This document shows positions 14,212-27,649 of a DNA stretch of 64,000 bases, piece by piece. Origin of the DNA: Acanthaster planci (Eukaryota); contig NW_019091360.1 in NCBI RefSeq assembly GCF_001949145.1, positions 1,210,529 through 1,274,528 of the forward strand. Reading direction: 5' to 3'. Position 1 is the stretch's first letter, and every line of letters begins with the position of its first letter. A model generated the notes under the pieces. It saw only the letters and a list, made by a program, of their open reading frames with translations, had not been told where the DNA came from and did not search any database. The translations under genes were made by a program, and so were the position numbers.

Positions 14212-16941
14212 ACAACTATGTCGTCGGTGTTTTAAGGACTTAAGAAAAACTTTGGGAAATCGATTAGGAGGTTTGGTGGCCATTTCATTCAATTTGACTG
14301 GGCACAGATGTTTTTTGGTCACTTCATGAAAACACTGACAACATTTTGAAGTAGCTTTTTGACATCGTCATCGTGACTAAGACTGTCATTTCCACGAGCA
14401 GTCATCACCCTGCTTGCTTGAGTCCATTCAAATTTCAATGTGCCTCAGGACTTAACCGTTATGGTCAATTATGTTCAGGTCATAGTAAATAAAAATTGGA
14501 AGAGACGCCGAGGTCAGTCCCTCGAAACTGGTTCTGTACACATCTGAATTGGGCAGACCATGGAACAAAGACATATAATAATGGTGTCACAAACATCGAT
14601 GTAACGATTATCGTATAATGAAGAAAGCCTGGACCTCTGCGATATGAGTGTCTGTGTGTGAAAACCTTATCATGAGAAGCAAACGTATCTTTCTCAACAA
14701 GTAGCGCGTTGAATGAGTGTACTTGAATTGAGTTGACTGACAGACTGATTGACTGACAGACCGACTGATTCATTTGACATGAAAGGCCTACTCGTATAGG
14801 CGCGAAAGCTAACACAAACGCGAATTTATGAGGTCAGCTCAAATATTCGAGCGCCGTATGGCAAGGTAATTAAAAAACCCTATTTACACAGGGTCAGCAA
14901 TTCGCATGAAATAAATGTGGCGGTTGTCCTCATGAATAGTCATGAATAGTCATAGATGTATATGTACAGGTGTAGCCAGCAACGCCAGCCCTGCACAGTC
15001 TGTGCTTCCTCGTGTGCTGTTCCCCTATTGGCTTATATTTGTTGACGCCGTGACGAAGCGAACCCGAACCCCCAAGGAACGACACTGGCGTTTAATAGAG
15101 CGCAGGTAACTGATCTAATGTCTAGATCGCTACATCATTGTTTTAAATCATAATGTCACTCGGTTCAAAACGTACGTTTCGTTTTATTTCTAATGCAGCT
15201 ATAATTTTGTCAATTAAAGCTTGCGCGATTGGGCGAAAAAGCCACCAAACTTTGTTATTTTAGCGAATTTTAGAGGAATCGAATGAATTATCAAATATAT
15301 TTCCACCGCATGTTTCAGTGCATGGTGCTGTCAGCAGCTTATTTGAAATCAAATGAAATCAGGTGAAATAGGCCGGGTTTTTTATTTCAGTTACAATTCT
15401 GGTGATCCGACTAGAAAGTGGCACAAATTCAATTTTGAGTGCTTGTATGTACACGGGGCATAGGCCTATTTCGGGATGGCCAAAAGTATATAATATGAAA
15501 TAAAAACCATCATCAAGCTAAACACGCCCTCCTTAAAACAAAGCGAGTTATAAATACCGCCAGTTGACAATTTATGCTTAAAATGTACATTTTGCATCAC
15601 ATTTTCGGGAAACACACTGTACATATAGACACTGAAATGTTGCCTTGAAACGTGCCGAAAGTGTCTGTATGTGTCATAAAAAATTACGACAGTCAAACCA
15701 GAAAAAAAGTGTCAATGTTTATATTTATAGCCTATATAGGCCTATAGCCGTCTCACCTATCAAGCAAGAACAATAAAGAATGTTTATACCATAACGTGTA
15801 CAAACGAATAGTATACATGTATATACATAAAAAATTGAAGACAAGCAGCAGTCGCCCACGGAAATACATCGTGACGTCATGTCTAGGATGCCTCTTCTGT
15901 TTTTAGATGCACTTTTAGATGCAGTTTCTAAAATAGCAGCTGTATATGAAAACATATAAAATGGGTCGATTTGTTATGAAATTTAACTGAAGGGGGGAGG
16001 ACTAACTAAACGGTTGGGTTTCTTGGAAGACAACGTGTACATCAGTGTTGTACATGTAGACTCGAGTAATTTTATTGTGAGACTGTACCTGACTTCGGCA
16101 CTGACGTAGGTTTATCACTCACACTAATCCATGCAGACCTACTTTAGTTTAATAAAAGTTATAGCAGTATTATCCCTATTCATAATTATACACAACGAGT
16201 ATTGTAAGTTCCCACTGCACGGAAATCGAACGGACGTTCCCTTTAATGAAAAATTCGACACTTTATCATTTTGTACTTCGGATCACTTTCACCATGGAAC
16301 TATATAACACATGCTTTCACCAGTCCCCACAGCGGTGTGACGCTGACGTGTCGTTCAGATGGCCTGCAGCCTACAGGGCCCATGTTTCTGCCGCTCACTG
16401 TACAACGAGGCACGGTTGGGAATGCATGCATATGAACCAGACCTTGTTCCACTGTCTGCGCAAAAATTCCCAAGGAACTTCTTGCCTCTTGGCCGGCTTT
16501 GAGGCACCTTCGTACGAGTAAAGTAGTAATGCCAGCTGCACGTGCTCTACTGTGTTCACGGTCTAATCCAATAACGCCCTTCATAACTTGTGCATTTGCT
16601 ACACATGTTCAAGCCTGCAGGGCAATCGAGCCGCGGCATAATTCTTGTAGTCTGGTCACGGAAGAGCCAATTGGCTTCAGGCTTAATACTTGGCTCGACG
16701 GGCCGTAACGTCCTTCAACTGAGCGGCGCATAATGGTGCCATGCCCCGTGTGGGCAAAAACAACCGAGTAGGATCGCTGAAGTGGTGAGGTCTGTCATTT
16801 TCGCATAAAAATCGACTACTGACCTGCTGAAGTCAACGTGCGAGATTTGCGTTGTATGACAGCGATATCATGTGCTCTCCTGAGTTTGTTCTTCGTCAGA
16901 GCTCTACCAATTACTGAGTACCTCACAGCCTGCAGTTCATA

Positions 16942-19900
16942 ATGAGCAATGTCTCCATGCGGTGTGTTCTGTTCGGTCTGGCCATGATGGCCTTGGCGTT
17001 GTTTGTCGGCATTCAACGTTTTGGTCTTCCTGCTGTTCTCGCCAGAGGTAGGTAGGGGTCACGCAAGCACGTCGTATCAAAGTTCATACAAACGTCCTGG
17101 ATAATACATGTAGTTCTCGCATAGACATTATAAAAAGCCTCGATTTATCCATGGAGGTAGGTCAGAGCATCAGAGACGTGATATGGCAATGCGCACTTTT
17201 CATGGAGTTTGAGAACTCCACAGTAAAAATTTGAATTTATTAATTTGGTCAAGCATTGTCCAGTGTCAAAGATAATGATAATTAGCCATATGCGCATTGT
17301 CTTTCAGTTGTAAAGACTATCGTTGCAAATGTTCAGCTTGATTTTTTGGCATATATGCGTGGTGTATTGCTTGTTGTATGTAAGAAATCCTTCGACCGGT
17401 ATTCATGCTTTCGATGTCGGCTCGCTATTAGAGTAAGTACAAAGAGTAAAGAAACTGTGCAAATATTGATTTGTTTTCTTAGTTTTAGTGTGGCCAGTTT
17501 AAATCCCAATATTGAACAAATACAGGGGTGCATAATTGGGGATACCCATGTGTGAGGTGTGGATTGAATTTCTGATAATTTCCCTTCAGAATGAAGCAGG
17601 GGCAGGTTGAAATGAATCACCACACACGTACTTTGCTGCTGTAAGGTGTCTTTGCTCACCGCGGAAACTTAAAGACTAAAGTAAAGAAGGGAAGTTGAGC
17701 GCCTTTTTAGTAGCCACTGATATTTTGTGGTGTTTTGTTTGACACCAGGACGTAGGTACTGGGTGTGCTATGAAAACAGATTTTTGGTCTCGCATAAGTC
17801 TTTTGGGACATTTGCCCGAGGGGTCCTCAAAACTGTTTTTGGAAACTGTTTAGCTAGCTCTCCAACTCTTTTGAATGTTTAGATTTTCCACTGTGGCGGC
17901 CGCGGTGACAAAAAATAGGATAAAATTTTGTTCTTCATAATATTGGGCTTTTAGATGGCCACTGAAATCCTGTGAATAAACTGCGTTATCAGTGGCCAAG
18001 CGTCCAGTGGAAGGATCAATAATGCAATAAAACCACCTCTGGGCAAGTAATGCGTTTACGAACGTCGGCCATCTTGGACTTGAAGCATGCAATAAAAGGG
18101 TATTTGCTTAATATTGTGGTTTCTATACTATACGGTATCTACGTTATCAGAGGCAATGAATCCAATTGTACTGGTGGTAATGTAATAAGCCCACAGAAGG
18201 CAAGGAGGGCACTCAAAGCAGGCAGGCTGTTTTCAAGGCTATAGTACAGCGTTCTTTTTGTATCTGATGGCAAAAACAGAAGATGGATGACATATATGCC
18301 TCGGTACCAGTGGAAACATTGGTTTTCTGATTCAGTAGGTCTATGCCAAATCGGACTGATCGATGATAAAAGAACAGTTGGTCGATGTAAACGATATGTT
18401 GCCCAGACGTATTTGCCTCATTGGCTCTCTATATGTTAAATCCATGAAAACACATGACACAGTGAGTGCTCGACAAACATTGTCATGCATTTTAAAACAT
18501 CTGTCTCGTGAGGGTGGGGAGACCGAACAACATATTTCGAGACTTGGGACTCATTACTGGGCTAAGAGTGGGTTTCAGAACTTCGACATGAGTAAATTAA
18601 TGCTCGGAATACATGCACTTGGTTTCTTCGCAAAGACTCGAACACACTCTTGTATTGACTTTGGCCTGAGACTGAGGGAATGGGTTTTTGTCTCGGCTTG
18701 ACGTGGTAGATTCCCATCTTAATTCAGTGTCAGTGAATCTGAATCCTGAGGCAAAATGCTTTCATCATCTTATTTCCTTTTGTTCGTAGGACCTATTCCA
18801 GTCAAGAAGCTGCATGCCAAGCGAGGAAAGGACCCGCTCCATGAGAAAAGTGGAAGTGATGTGAGTGTGCAAGAAGTCGAAATTTTTTAGATGGAGCGTC
18901 CATTACTGTGGTCACGAGATTCATTCTGGTAAACAAACCTCTACTGAAGTGCGGCTCTTGTGTGATTGCGTCACCACTGTCAACTTTTTTGGGATTCGTG
19001 GGTCTGAATGTTCTGATTTTTTTCAAATGAAGCAAGCCCTATAACCATTTTGATAACGGAAGTAAACATTCTACCCCAGATTGCCAGTATTGGTACATTG
19101 ATAGATTCTCATCAATCTGAGAACAGCCAAACTGCTACAAAAGTTAACATTTAAGGGTGTCCCGCCAAATGCTGGCTTCAGAGTTCCGATGAACACAACT
19201 TGTCTTGCTTTATGTTCTTTTTCTTGTCTTTGCTTTTTAAGAGATCGTGCAATAACCAGACTTGTTTATGGGATGAAGAGCAGTTGTACCGGAAGAGTCT
19301 AGTGTGGGATATGTGCCATGCCATCCACGCTGAAGGAAACACCCACAACTACCCGCCTCTACGCTACCGTCTGTCCAGGGATACACCGCGGCAGGCGTCC
19401 TTGTTCAGTCACTTCTTGGTCATCGAGTCGATGAAGCTGATTTACTGCTTCATCCCCAAAGTGAGTTGCACAAGCTGGAAGCGTCTACTCCTTTTCATGA
19501 GTGGGAAATATAACTCCATGAAAGACATAGGTCAGTGGCAAACCCACGTCCTTGCCCTCAAAGAATTCCGTGTTCTTTCTTCATATTCCGTCGAAGACAT
19601 CGAAAATCTGTTGGCGACATACAGGACGTTCGTCTTCGTTCGGAACCCTTTCGAGAGGATCCTGTCGGCCTATCAGGATAAATTTCAGGAGGACTATCCG
19701 GCGAGCAAACTCACCCGGAAGCAGTACAGCGAGAGAATCATCCGACAGACAGGTGGCTCGCCGGAAAATGTGCAGAAACTGTTGACGACCCAGAGACGGA
19801 AAGACGGAACCCTGAACGTCACCTTCTGGCAGTTTGTGAGATTTGTGTCTAGCCTGGACGGCCCACGGACCAAACAGTACATGAATGATCACTGGGCTCA

Positions 19901-20252
19901 GATGTATCAGATGTGTCATCCGTGTCTGGTGGATTACGACTGGATCGGACACTACGACTCTTTGCGGATTGACGCCGATTCGATTTTAACGGCCGCCGGG
20001 TTTGACCCCCAGTTCCGATTCCCAAATTTCACCACGAACCCCACGGGCAGCTCGAACGAAGACACGCTGCTGCGTTACTATTCCACGTTGACTACTTCGG
20101 AAATCGAAGCTCTGTACAAATATTATGAACTTGATTTTAGCCTCTTCGGTTTTGATATCCCAAGGACTATAAGAAATCTACTCAACAGCAGAGGGCGCAG
20201 TGACAACTATACTCTGAACGGTCGAACGAATTTCGCTATCACCTCAAGTTAG
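16942..20252 (+). CDS. CHST11-like: Carbohydrate sulfotransferase (CHST11/13/14-like), paralog 3, ~395 aa
   Basis: Exons 16942-17047 (MSNVSMRCVLFGLAMMALALFVGI TM; gag/gtaggt, phase 1), 18790-18860 (cgtag/gtgagt, phase 0) and 19242-20252 (ttttaag acceptor). Motifs YCFIPKVSCTSWKR, RNPFERILSAY, DHW..CHPC, YELDFSLFGF. Confidence 0.93.
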
Positions 20253-23200
20253 TTTGGAGGAGACTGGGGCCAGTTGTTAAAAATATCGCACTCTGCACAT
20301 GATGAGTAGTTTATTTTTCTCCCCATGGAAGCTGAAGATATCAGCTATAAAAAAATCGGCCACAATTTTCAACCGTTAAACAGTGATCGCAGGTGATATT
20401 GAGTTGTTACAAAGTGTTGGATAGGCCCTACTTGGCGCCACTTTGTCACAAAAATACGTAGGCCTATGCACACTCACATGCCCAAGAAAAGATAATATGC
20501 GTTTGGAATTCCGAGCATTATCCTTTCCATTTTCTTGCTTTAAATATTTTATATAGGGTCAACCATAGCCTGTCAATCAAGATTACTTCACAGGTCTGTG
20601 ACTTTTGGCTCCAAAATCTTACAAACATAAATTTTGGGGGAAAAAGAGAAAATAGAGAACTCCACATCTGCTTCGGTTATGCATATTTTAATTCATGTGT
20701 TCAACTTGACATTTGTGAGTTTTTAAAAGTATTTATACATTACGCTGGGTTAGTAGTGATATAACTTGTAATACCTTGAAATACCGGACATTGGTTGATA
20801 TCAGGAAAACTTATTTGTTTTAAACTGGTGTTCATACTATAACAATAAAACAGTGAATCAAATTACAGCTCTGCAAAAGAGCGAACTACATATACATTGT
20901 ATTTTGAAACGAAAAGAATACTTGGGGATTCGCAATTTTTGTTGTACACAAAATACTGAGGAAACTCGACTTGAATAAAGGCTATAATCGTGGATCTAGA
21001 GGATTTTTTCGAAGGGATCTTTCGACATTTCGACGGGGGGGGGGAGTTTCCTGAAACATTTTCCTATTAGGAAAGTACACGGTTTTTCCCCAAACAGTTG
21101 TGCAATTGAAAAAAAACATGCTTCGGGTCCACGTTTTTTTGTACCATGTTTCTTTATACGTAAAGTGGCACTGGGTCCTCATTCCGACATGATTACAGTC
21201 ATGTGATAGGGATAAAAATAGTCTTTCATCGTTTTGTCTGAAAGGAAGTAAAACTGTAACAACTTCTCCCAGTAGAAATGGCCCTGGTCCCTCAAATGAC
21301 AAATAAAAACACAAAGTACGATTAAAATTATATTTATGTATTTATTTTTCCCCACAGTGTAATTCGAAGACTACGGTGGCACAAAGCTGTGGAAAGATGG
21401 TACGCGCGCGTGCCTCTTCGACCAATCCGGTTCGTAAGTGACTTCGTCACCAAGGCGGACGCGCCACGATTCGCAGGGCTCCCATTGGACGATCGCAGAA
21501 GTTGTGCGTTAACTTCCGGTTCCATGGTTCCACTAAAGGGTGCATTCTACCAAATGGTTGTATTTCTGCGCGCGAGCTTATTAATATTTTGTGATCCCAC
21601 GGGGTTTTTGCAATAAGACATGCCATAATCAGGAGGCATAGAAATATTTCTATTAATCCGGAATTTGCGACTGATAGTTTCGAGTTCGGGGTATTTCTTT
21701 CACAAAAAGCCCAAAATTGCGGGCCTATTTTGGATGGAGGCGGGCGGCTACATTCAGAAATGAGCGCTTAGTTTACTGCTGTTTTGGGGGTATCTTCCTT
21801 GAAAGGCGAATAAAAAAAGATTTTCGTGGCTAACCCCCATGAAATTGATACAAAAAGTGATCTTCTGGCCATAATGTGCGACAAGCGCCCCCTACGTTCA
21901 AACTCTTCTCAACCCTTTCATGTTTCTCTTCTCATTCAGTAATGTGCAGCGATGGCGTGCACATCCCTTGTTTCTTAGCTGTGATGGACCACGATCCACG
22001 AACAGCTGGCAATAATTTTTATTGATAATTTATTAATTTCAACTTTGATTCGGAGTTTTTAAACCTGTATTACATATTTTTCATGTGGGACTTTCACATG
22101 TATCAGAAAAGTTAATTATCGAGATGAAAATTGTTTTCAGGAGAGAAATTTTGTTTACCTGCAATCCTTTTTTGACCGCGCTGTGCCAACCTGCCAACGC
22201 GTTGCCCGCATACGCATCGTGTGCGCGGCTGGTTGTGCGTGCTGCATCTCCACACACTGTGAGTTTTGATCGGACGTGAAGAATTTTTTTTACTGTACGC
22301 GTAACCAAAAAGCAATGGACAAAATTTGAATGGGACGTTCAACGACCACAGTCGTTTTGTAGGGAAGGATGTTGAAGGGAAGGATTTCCTTTAAACGACT
22401 ACAGTCGGAAGGTGAGGCCTTTCCATATATATTTCAGGAAAAAAACTCGATTGAAGGTGGGAGTTAGAAATTCTAGCTCTATGGTAAGATGCATGCCACC
22501 TTATTATGGAGATATGTGGATGCCACCCGCAGTTATCCTGGGTCTTATCGAATTAATTAATACCACAAGTTGAAGGGAACGTGCACTGTACAAATATGGA
22601 TTCAGTTTGACAGTACATTATCAAACGCAGCTTTTAATATGGGAAAAAACACCCGATGTGATGTCCGAAACAATGGCGCCCCCCAAAAAACCGCTGTTAA
22701 CACTGTGTGGTAAAATTGGTGTTAAAATGACACCATCGGTATCCATATATGACAACCTAAAGCGGTGGTGTCCTATATGGATACCGAAAGTATTGAATTT
22801 ACACTACAGCTTTTGCCATGAAAATCCACTTCAAAAGCTCCTTTGTTCCTGGTCGTTAGACATGGTCACGAACGGACTCGGTTTCATTAAATTGTGTTTT
22901 GAAATGATATGGACAACAGCATTGTAATTAAATGAATATTAAAAAGCAAATAAAGCACACACTGTAGAGTCTCCATTTGATTGATTGACACCGAATGCAT
23001 GATGCCTAAGTGTTATCAAGTTAACAGTTTCCTGGGGAAACCATCTCAGGGATTTCTCCGTATGAACACCTTTATAAATTAATTTGAGACTGCTCGTAAT
23101 GTGCTGAAATAATAATGTGTAGATGTACAAGTGTAGTGATTTCTTGAAGTAACTTACATACATCAAAATAAGACGCCACAGATTTTATGATGCCTTTGAA

Positions 23201-25456
23201 ATATACTATTCCTTTGAAAGGACGAGAGGTTTAGAGTGGACATTAATTTCAACATTTTTTCTTGCCTGAAAGGAAGTTTCAGCTATTTCTTCTCTGTACC
23301 GGTTGTTTTGAGACTAATGGCTATTCGTGGTCGTCAGTTATGTTTGGGTCCCCGACTTACTTCAGCGTTGCCTGTGTACTGCCGCCGCTGGTACTCTTAG
23401 CCGGATGCACATGTCGCTAGTTTCGTATATCATAGCAGCGGGACGTTGGTTTGCGGACGACTTCGTCTCCGATTGTGGGCCTGAAGTGTTTAACTAAAAT
23501 TGAAGTACTGCAATGTTTGGCTCTTTTGCATCTTACTTGATGTTTTGTGGCACTATCAAAATTACTATTCCGCTTGCAACCTCAAAGTCAGGAAGTACGG
23601 GTCTGGCTGGTCTGCGCACTCTCCTCTTATCTTACGCAACAGTTGCTCTCCAGACCACGAGCGTCTGTCGGCGGCCTGAATATATCACCATAAGTGGTAA
23701 ATATGATTCTCTATGTTTACAGATATTCCTTCACAGATAAAACCAAGTGTTGAAGTCTTGTTTTTATTCCTATGTGTAGTACTTCAGTCGTGGAGGAAGG
23801 TCCTCCATGCATGCTTCAGTGCAGTACACAGCACTTGCTGCGTTGCTGTTATGGTTCTATGTCAACTTTGACCTCTGACAGTCCAGGAAGCACAAGTACA
23901 CTACGCACTGTCACTCAGTGAGTATCACTTACCAGCGACCTTTAATGCTCTGTTATCACTCATTCTGTTCATTCCGCCATGACAGGTCACAGTGTGATGT
24001 CTTTTTTTTTAATATCTTGATTTTCTGGCTTACAGTTTCAATTTCTGGGCCTACAATTAGATTTCTAATTTTATCAAGGGCTATATTACAAACTCCGCAT
24101 CTGTTTTGACGTGGTCTGGGCCTACTTCCAGAACTGTAAGTCCTTTAAGTAGTCTGGGCCATTCCATCACCATTCACATTATTTTAATGTATCACATCAT
24201 TATAACTTAAGTCACTGTTGACCTCATACTGTTTTAGCAGTGTTCAAGGTGAATCAAACTACAGTAGCCCGGCCCTACCACTACCTTAGGTATAGGATAC
24301 TCAAAAATATAAAGGAATATTTAACAAAATTACTTGCTTTGGGAAAACAGGTGTCTTGTGGTTGTCGCTCTCATTACAAAAATGGGAAAAAGAAAGTAGG
24401 AAATGTTCTTGCAAAGTTTGCTGTCAAAGCCTCTCAAATCTGTAGTCTGTAATACAAAATGATATGTTTTCTTTTTAGACAACCCACAGTATCAGTGAGC
24501 GATGTATATTTGAAGGTGTGTCACTCACATCACAAAGATTACTTCCCTTGACACAGATTTAGAATCTGAATTTGATGAATTGTTATACAACCTAACTCCA
24601 CTTCCCACAAAATGCAAACCTTTCTGTCTTAAAAAAGAAAAATGCACAGTAAAACTTCTGCATTACTTGTATAAACACAAGGTGTACAAATAACACACCT
24701 AACAGTTTTGTTCCAAATCTACCCTTTATCAAACATACAGATATATGTATATATTCATCTATACTGTCTCACTATTCAAATCAAGGGTCTTCTGGGCCCT
24801 TTGATTTGATAACTTTGAGGCCTTGGTGCTTATTTTTAGTTAAATTAATAATACAAATTTTCCACTTTTTAGCCGTATTCACTACTGCATGGAATTGTCA
24901 ATCCATTATAACTTCATAGATTCAACTTAATTTCATGTTTCTTTCTAACACAGCTATGAACTGGGTACTGAAATTATTGAGCATTTTGATGGTGGTTATA
25001 TTTACTCCTCTTTTAGTGAGGAATTTTTTATTGGAAGTCTCTTTCACTATTTTGAGAGGACAATTTATACTGTTGACCAGTTAAAGACTTGGTTGACTTG
25101 TTTGAAACCTTGTTTAGAGTAAATTGTAAATTCATGAAAATTTTCGATTTTTATGTTCCTTCCAATGCACTGGAACACTACATGTGCAGACTTTCCCTAA
25201 AATCTAGACCATATGCTTTTGTTGTACATTGCATGCCACAGTTAGTTTTCACATAGAGCTACAACCCATGGTTTTCATGACTCATGTGCCAGTGTAGATG
25301 GTGCCACTAGGACTGTTATTGTTAATCCACCACATGGGGATCAGTGTCTCCAGTTTCTACAGACAGTATGACAGAATTGTTTATTTTACAGTGAATATTC
25401 ATTACATCATGTTTGGTGTTCTTTTCCATAAAACCAGGGACAGTGTACATGTAGTT

Positions 25457-25530
25457 GCAAGCTTGGTCAAGTGGTTAAGACATCTATGCAAAATTGCAGG
25501 AAGTTGTGGGTTCAAATCCCACTCCAGAAA
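25457..25530 (+). mobile_element. tRNA-derived SINE head or tRNA pseudogene
   Basis: Pol III A-box TGGTCAAGTGG (25464-25474) and B-box GGTTCAAATCC (25509-25519); acceptor and anticodon stems are not intact. Confidence 0.5.
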
Positions 25531-27481
25531 GCTTGCAATATTTATTTTTTGCAACTCTCAGACCACACAGAGCAGATGTGAATATCTGCCTTGAGCAGAG
25601 CACCCCCTTATTGGTTGAAAAGAGTCGTATTTGTCGGGAGTGTTCATTTTGTTGGTAGTGATGTAGTAACACGTGCATTTCATAGTCGTTTGTCAATCAG
25701 CAAAGTTCAGTTCCGACCAAAGCCCAAGGAGCCTCTGCTGCTAAGAAAATTGTGCCATCTCTTGGTCCAGCTTGAGGCTGATTCAAAATTAACGTCCCTG
25801 ATGCAGAGCTAAATAAGTATCATATTCTTTTCTTATTTACAGATTTTGTCTGAGTTGTCTTTCTTTTTTATAGATTTTTGTATAGGCTTACTCTATACAT
25901 GTACATTTTGGTCTAATTTTCCCAGAAATGTGTTGGTCTTTTTTCGATTTCAGTTTGTTGGGTTTAAGTGGTCAGACCATGTGGTCCTGGTTGCCTTTTT
26001 TTTGTTTTCAGGTTTGATCTGGATTTTTCTGCTGAATCTAGATTACATTCATGATTACATTTTGGTTTTGGTCAAAAATGTTTCTTTGCTTGAGTCCTTT
26101 CTTTGAATTTCTTCAGTAACTTTATGCAGTCGTCTCAAGTATTAACATTTCTGAAAATATGTGAATCTTTTTTTCTTCTTTTTGTGTTTGAGGTCTAGAA
26201 CTGTGTCTCTTCTTCAGGCACATACATTCCTGGCAATTTTTCCTTTGAAATTCAGATCGCGAGTTTAGTTTAGCAAGATGAGTTCAGAGTTAGTCCCCCA
26301 GCCCCAAAGAATGTTGTGCGTGAGTTTCTGTGTCGCAGTAAGTGTTACATTGACCTGTGTACTGTGTCAGCAGAAAGAAGAAAAATGTTCAAATGGAGAC
26401 ATCCCAAATGAAAGTCTGCAATAATGGATATCGTGGGCTAAGCCTGGCACGCTCTTGATAACATGGATAACCTAACACTCTTGATAACAACACTTATGAA
26501 TGAGACTTTGAAGCAAATACAAAGATCTTGTTCCTTCCACTGCTCAACCATTTTATTCCATTGAAAACTTCTTTACATGTACATGTATGTTCCATTCAGT
26601 TGATTTACATGTAACTCAAACCGCATACAGGTTCAGTGATAAGAATTTTACAAGGGAAGTATTGCTTTTTGCAACTTTCTTATCTTAAATCTGTTATGAC
26701 ATCTGTCTTGGTTGAAAAGTAGAATAATCTATGTTTTTCCTGACAAATCAGGATATCATGCTAGGATATTATTACAGGAGGACTCATTTTCTGTTCAAAT
26801 TATGAACCCAAAAGTTAGTTACCGGTAATGAAAAATATTTGTAAGAAAACTTTGCTCACTGACCTCAGGTCATGAACTACAACAACAAACCAAACATAAA
26901 TTACGACAGCAAAATGTCAGAAATTTCATCGAATGTTGGTGCAGAAATACATGAAAGACAGGCTTCTCCATTGGATGACATTCCATTTTGATCATAAATA
27001 TGCAAATTGGCATATACATTGCCTAAAAATAATGAAGTACTGAAATGCACAAAACATGTGAAAAGATGAAAAATCATATTAAACAGGCTACAAAGGACCA
27101 AGAAGTATAAGCTTAGATGTCTTTACAAGAACTTCAGTTTAGAAGTTTAAAAATTACACAGCCTAGGCTCTTTTTCAACGTTGGAATATTAAAGTGCATG
27201 GTGACTAGAACAATGTTTACATTATTATATTGCTTGTTTCTGAATTCTTAAACAAGCATAATGCAATCTTTAAATAAACCGAAACTAAGATCCATTTCAT
27301 TTAAACTGAGGTGCATTTTAGTGGTCATAGCCAAGGATGCTTTGGTTGTTGTCAATTAGGTAAGAATTACACGTGATCATGTAGTACTCAAATACTCAGA
27401 GGTCACAATTATACAGAAATAACCAAATCAGTTCTTGGTCATGGTCACCTTACAACTAATCAGCTATACATTCTTACTGTC

Positions 27482-27649
27482 CTGTTGCTGATACTAAATA
27501 CAAGGAATCTCGCAAAACTCTCTAATATTGTAACTAACCATTCTCTGAGTAAAATGAAGATTGTTGTGTTACTGATACTAAACGTAGGGAATCTGGCCAG
27601 ACTCTCTCCTGTTGTAACCAGCCATCCTCTGAGTAAAAGGAAAATTGTC
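27482..27649. repeat. Two-copy ~84-bp tandem duplication
   Basis: ctgatactaaa...ggaatct...actctct...ttgtaac...ctctgagtaaaa..aa.attgt occurs twice. Confidence 0.7.

Noticed and set aside
25457..25530. Functional tRNA gene
   Set aside because: A and B boxes are present but cloverleaf stems do not pair; more likely SINE-derived.
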